Assembly: GCA_963665845.2 (NCBI GenBank)
Contig: OY762492.1
Location: forward strand, 3,392,001 to 3,456,000
From: Candidatus Poribacteria bacterium
GTDB lineage: Bacteria; Poribacteria; WGA-4E; GCA-2687025
Length of the DNA stretch: 64,000 bases
Direction of reading: 5' to 3'
Position 1 is the first letter of the stretch; each line of letters begins with the position of its first letter. Below the pieces are notes generated by a model. That model saw only the letters and a program-made list of their open reading frames with translations, made no database searches and was not told the DNA's origin. This document shows, piece after piece, positions 60,434 through 64,000 of this stretch. Made by a program: the position numbers and the translations under genes.

Positions 60434-61348
60434 ATGCATAATGTCAACAATCCCGCTCGAATTTATGCTCAAATCCCAGCTGTCAATTTCCATCTGTGGC
60501 AACCTTGCAACATGCGCTGCCACTTCTGCTTCGCTGAGTTTCAAGACGTCAAAAAAGAGATGCGCCTCCCCAAAGGACACATGCCAAAAGAAGAATGCGC
60601 AGCGGTTGTCGACCGCATCGCAGCGTACGGGTTTGAAAAGATCAATTTCGCCGGCGGCGAGCCGACGCTCTGCCCCTGGCTGCCGGAGATGATTGCGCAG
60701 GCAAAGCGGCATGGAATGACGACCTCCATCATCACGAACGGATCAAGAATAACGAAAGAGTGGATGGACAGCGCGCGCGGAAATCTTGATTGGATCGGTC
60801 TGAGCATCGACACGGTGGATCCTGCAATACAGATACGCTCCGGACGCGCCCTCCGAGGGAAGGACCCTGTCTCCGAGCAAGAGTACATGGACGTCGTCAA
60901 CATGATCAAGCGGTACAAAATGCGCTTGAAGATCAACACCGTCGTTCATTCATTGAACTGGGAAGAGGATCTGACGCCCTTCATCCGATTGGCGAAGCCT
61001 GAACGATGGAAGCTGCTGCAGGCGCTTCCGGTCGGCGGCCAAAACGACGCGCGAATAGACGAGTATATCGTCTCGCAGGAACAGTTCGAGACGTACGTTC
61101 GACGCAGCCAGATTGCTGAAAAGGACGGAATCGCTGTAGTGCCGGAAAGCAATGAGCTCATGACAGACAGCTATGCGATGGTTGATCCAGCAGGGCGCTT
61201 TTACGACAACGCGCAAGGTTTTCATCGTTACAGCAGCCCCATTTTAGAGGTCGGCGTTGAGGAAGCTTTGAAGCAAGCGTCCATCAACCCTGAAAGGTTC
61301 CGCCGGAGAGGCGGCGAATATGATTGGGGCGGGAAGCCCCCGTCTTAA
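60434..61348 (+). CDS. Prokaryotic viperin (antiviral radical SAM ddhNTP synthase)
   Basis: VNFHLWQPCNMRCHFCF (CxxxCxxC), KINFAGGEP, SIITNGS, KINTVV, PERWK..Q.L, ESNELMTDSY.MVDP.GRF and the C-terminal RGGEYDW. Confidence 0.93.
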   Translation: MHNVNNPARIYAQIPAVNFHLWQPCNMRCHFCFAEFQDVKKEMRLPKGHMPKEECAAVVDRIAAYGFEKINFAGGEPTLCPWLPEMIAQAKRHGMTTSIITNGSRITKEWMDSARGNLDWIGLSIDTVDPAIQIRSGRALRGKDPVSEQEYMDVVNMIKRYKMRLKINTVVHSLNWEEDLTPFIRLAKPERWKLLQALPVGGQNDARIDEYIVSQEQFETYVRRSQIAEKDGIAVVPESNELMTDSYAMVDPAGRFYDNAQGFHRYSSPILEVGVEEALKQASINPERFRRRGGEYDWGGKPPS

Positions 61349-61362
61349 AACAAAGCCCTCTT

Positions 61363-62673
61363 TTATGAGGGTCGGTCTGATCCGCGCAGCTCCCGCAAAA
61401 CGCCGCGCGTGTCAATAACCGGGCAGGGCGCGTCCAGCAACGGCGAATAATCGATGGCGCGGTGTTTCGTCAAAATGACGGCGATGTCGATGGAATCGAG
61501 CAGCTGATGCCAGTTCTCGTAGCTGTCAAAACGCTTGTTCTCGCAGAAGACGACCGGCACGTTCGGGTCATGATAAACCAGCTGTGCGCCCTGTCGAAGC
61601 AGCAGCGTCATGACATCAATGGCGGGCGACTCGCGCACATCCGCCACATCCGACTTATACGCCGCGCCGAGCAGCAGCGCCTGCGAGCCTTTGATCGACT
61701 TTTGCCGTTCGTTCAGCTCCCTGTTCACCTTGCTTGCGACATGCTGCGGCATGGAGCCGTTGATCTCGGAGGCGAGCTCGATGAAGCGCGAATGGAACTG
61801 AAACTCCCGCGCCCGCCACGCCAGATAATGCGGGTCGACAGGTATGCAGTGTCCGCCCAGCCCCGGCCCCGGATAGAACGGCATGAACCCGAACGGCTTC
61901 GTCGCCGCCGCGTCGATCACCTCCCAGACATCCAGCCCCAGCCGGTCGCACATCAGCGACATCTCATTCGCAAGCGCAATGTTGACGCTCCGAAACGTGT
62001 TTTCCAGCAGCTTTGTCATTTCGGCGGCGCCGGTGGAGGAGACCTGGACAACCTCGTCAATAAAGCGTTTGTAGAAACGGGAGGCAAGCTCGGCGCATCG
62101 CCGCGTCACCCCGCCGACGATCTTCGGCGTGTTGGAAAGCCGATAACGCTTGTTGCCGGGGTCAATGCGTTCAGGCGAGTAGGCGAGAAAAAAGTCCTGC
62201 CCCGCCGTCAACCCGCTCTCTTCCAGCGCCGGCAGCAGCAGCTCTTCGGTCGCGCCTGGGTAGGTGGTGCTTTCTAGGACGACCAGCTGCCCCCTGCGCA
62301 GAAGGCGCGCGATGGTCTGCGTCGCCGACAGCACATGGGACATGTCCGGCTCCTTGCTTTTGCTAAGCGGCGTCGGGACGCAGATATGGAGTATGTCCGC
62401 TTCGCGCAGGCGTCGCGGGTTGATCTCGGCGGTGAACATGCCGTCGTTCAACGCGCGCAGCACATCTTCCGAGTCGACGTCCGCGATGTAGGAGCTTCCG
62501 TTCAGGAGCGCCTGAATCCGTTCAGGGTTGATGTCATGCCCGACGACGGGCATATTCTGGCGCGCAATCGCCATGGCGAGCGGAAGCCCGGCGTATCCCA
62601 GCCCGACGACGCCCGCTTTGACGTCTCCGTTGTCGATGCGTTTCAGTAATTGAGCGTAATCTGCGTCTTTCAT
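61363..62673 (-). CDS. Nucleotide-sugar 6-dehydrogenase (WbpA/WecC-like)
   Basis: GLGYAGLP, CVPTP, ESTTYPG, YSPERIDPG, KLLENTFR, GGHCIPVDP and YK.DV.D.RESP. Confidence 0.95.
   Translation of the reverse strand: MKDADYAQLLKRIDNGDVKAGVVGLGYAGLPLAMAIARQNMPVVGHDINPERIQALLNGSSYIADVDSEDVLRALNDGMFTAEINPRRLREADILHICVPTPLSKSKEPDMSHVLSATQTIARLLRRGQLVVLESTTYPGATEELLLPALEESGLTAGQDFFLAYSPERIDPGNKRYRLSNTPKIVGGVTRRCAELASRFYKRFIDEVVQVSSTGAAEMTKLLENTFRSVNIALANEMSLMCDRLGLDVWEVIDAAATKPFGFMPFYPGPGLGGHCIPVDPHYLAWRAREFQFHSRFIELASEINGSMPQHVASKVNRELNERQKSIKGSQALLLGAAYKSDVADVRESPAIDVMTLLLRQGAQLVYHDPNVPVVFCENKRFDSYENWHQLLDSIDIAVILTKHRAIDYSPLLDAPCPVIDTRGVLRELRGSDRPS
61382..61433. repeat. 52-bp direct repeat, right copy (inside the 3' end of the dehydrogenase)
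   Basis: Identical to 60187-60238. Confidence 0.95.
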
Positions 62674-62743
62674 TCGCGCCCGCGCCTGTTGTTTCTGGTT
62701 ATGGTATCACAGGCGCGCCGATTTTACACATGCTCTTTTCTGA

Positions 62744-62892
62744 CGGCAGTACGCTCATGCGATGAACTTCATGACCCTAAAGCGTTGGCGCCGCCCAGTA
62801 CCGTCATTCCCGCGCAAGCGGGAATCTAGAGGCGCCGCAGAAGACGTCCGCGTTCGCACGCCGACATGTCCCAACTTAAGACGTAAGGTCAG
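62744..62892. repeat. Composite repeat bounded by CGGCAGTACGCT and GTCCCAACTTAAG..AGGTCAG
   Basis: Same two termini as the element at 6837-7043, with a central dRS3-like palindrome. Confidence 0.8.
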
Positions 62893-63098
62893 TAAGAGCC
62901 CATGCTTCAGCGAGCTCAAAATGGTACTATTATCTTGGGCATTCGGCTAAATCGTGGGTCGATGTGGACAGCGAGACAAATAAGCGACACCCAGTCACTG
63001 GATTAAAGCCTTATGTTACCCGTTACCGATCAAGTTCACATCCCTGATCTCTCGCCGGCGGTCTCTCTTCACGGATTTATCGAAAGGAGGGGACGCAG

Positions 63099-63998
63099 AT
63101 GAAACCTTACCGAATCGCGTTGATCGTTTCTCTCGCCTGTTTGCTGGCGGCTGTCGTCTGGGTCTTATGGCAGCGGGTCGGTCCGGAGCGCGCCGCCGAC
63201 CTCAACATGGACCCGCCTGCCGGTTCATTTCAAAAAAGCGGCTCTGCTTTGAAGACCGAAGATCAGACGCCCGTTCAGAATTCCGTCAAGGAGCAGCCGA
63301 CAGCGTCTGCTGACGCGGAGGAGGGCGCGTCGGCAGATGAAAAACCCCCTGTTCAATACGACTTCCGAAACTGGCAGGACGCGATGGGCGCCTACGCCGA
63401 GCTGGCGGGGCAGGCGTACGATCGGCTGAAACGGCTAGGCGCGCCTGAATCGGTCTTAGCGATGTTCGACGAATCGTACCAAAAAGAGCCCGCCATGTAT
63501 CAGCGTATGGGCAAGACGCGCGCGGGCGAGGCTGAAACATGGGTGAGGCATACCGCTGTGGATGAAACTTTCGAGAAGCTGGAAACCGAATACCGCGGCC
63601 TGTTGGACGCCATGATTCCGTTTCTCAACGACATTCCTTTTTATGAATGGCGCCCGAACTATGTGCTGGCGCGCGCGGGGCGCATACCGCTCTCGGAAGC
63701 GCAGGATCTGGTCGCGCTTCCAAACGGCGATGTCATTAATTTGGACGAGTACTACAACAAAAAGATTGTGATCAAATTCCAAAAAAAGATGATCCCGACG
63801 ATCGAAGGCGTTCGAGAGCTCATGCGACTGGAGGCGAAAGCGGCAAACCCGTCAACCCCGCTCACCGCATCGGAACTGATGCAGCTAGAGGAACTTCGCA
63901 ACCCTGGCTACGCGGAACATTCGACGGAATATTACAAGGGAAATGGCGTTGAGGAGGACATGGAAGAGCTGATCATAGACCTGGGCGTCGTCAGGTAA
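63099..63998 (+). CDS. Hypothetical protein with an N-terminal membrane anchor
   Basis: AAGGAGG RBS, a TM segment, a low-complexity linker and a helical domain; stop at 63998. Confidence 0.75.
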   Translation: MKPYRIALIVSLACLLAAVVWVLWQRVGPERAADLNMDPPAGSFQKSGSALKTEDQTPVQNSVKEQPTASADAEEGASADEKPPVQYDFRNWQDAMGAYAELAGQAYDRLKRLGAPESVLAMFDESYQKEPAMYQRMGKTRAGEAETWVRHTAVDETFEKLETEYRGLLDAMIPFLNDIPFYEWRPNYVLARAGRIPLSEAQDLVALPNGDVINLDEYYNKKIVIKFQKKMIPTIEGVRELMRLEAKAANPSTPLTASELMQLEELRNPGYAEHSTEYYKGNGVEEDMEELIIDLGVVR

Positions 63999-64000
63999 AA

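Overview
GC-rich bacterial chromosomal window, most likely Candidatus Poribacteria or a close relative. This is inferred from the WD40 expansions, sulfatases, LamG proteins ending in a VxPxG(K/R)LxxxWGxLK tail, and a giant surface protein ending in a dockerin plus NYPNPFNPETWIP domain. Core genes (priA, nusA-ylxR-infB, trpS, scpAB-rluB, rplU-rpmA-obgE-proBA, a nucleotide-sugar dehydrogenase) are interleaved with tandem paralog arrays and candidate defence genes. Best leads: (1) a Swt1-like HEPN domain with an intact RxxxxH motif fused to a catalytically degenerate family-4 uracil-DNA glycosylase, immediately upstream of priA; (2) a stand-alone prokaryotic viperin bracketed by a perfect 52-bp duplication of the 3' end of the neighbouring gene; (3) an exported M15A-type Zn peptidase followed by three membrane-anchored paralogs, resembling an effector/immunity locus; (4) a duplicated leader upstream of two Na/Pi symporters whose substitutions preserve base pairing; (5) a consensus sigma54 promoter with two upstream palindromes in front of an unknown duplicated-domain surface protein. 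Intergenic regions carry modular REP/dRS3-like palindromic repeats. No rRNA, tRNA, CRISPR array, integrase or transposase was recognised. All calls come from reading motifs by eye; no searches were run.
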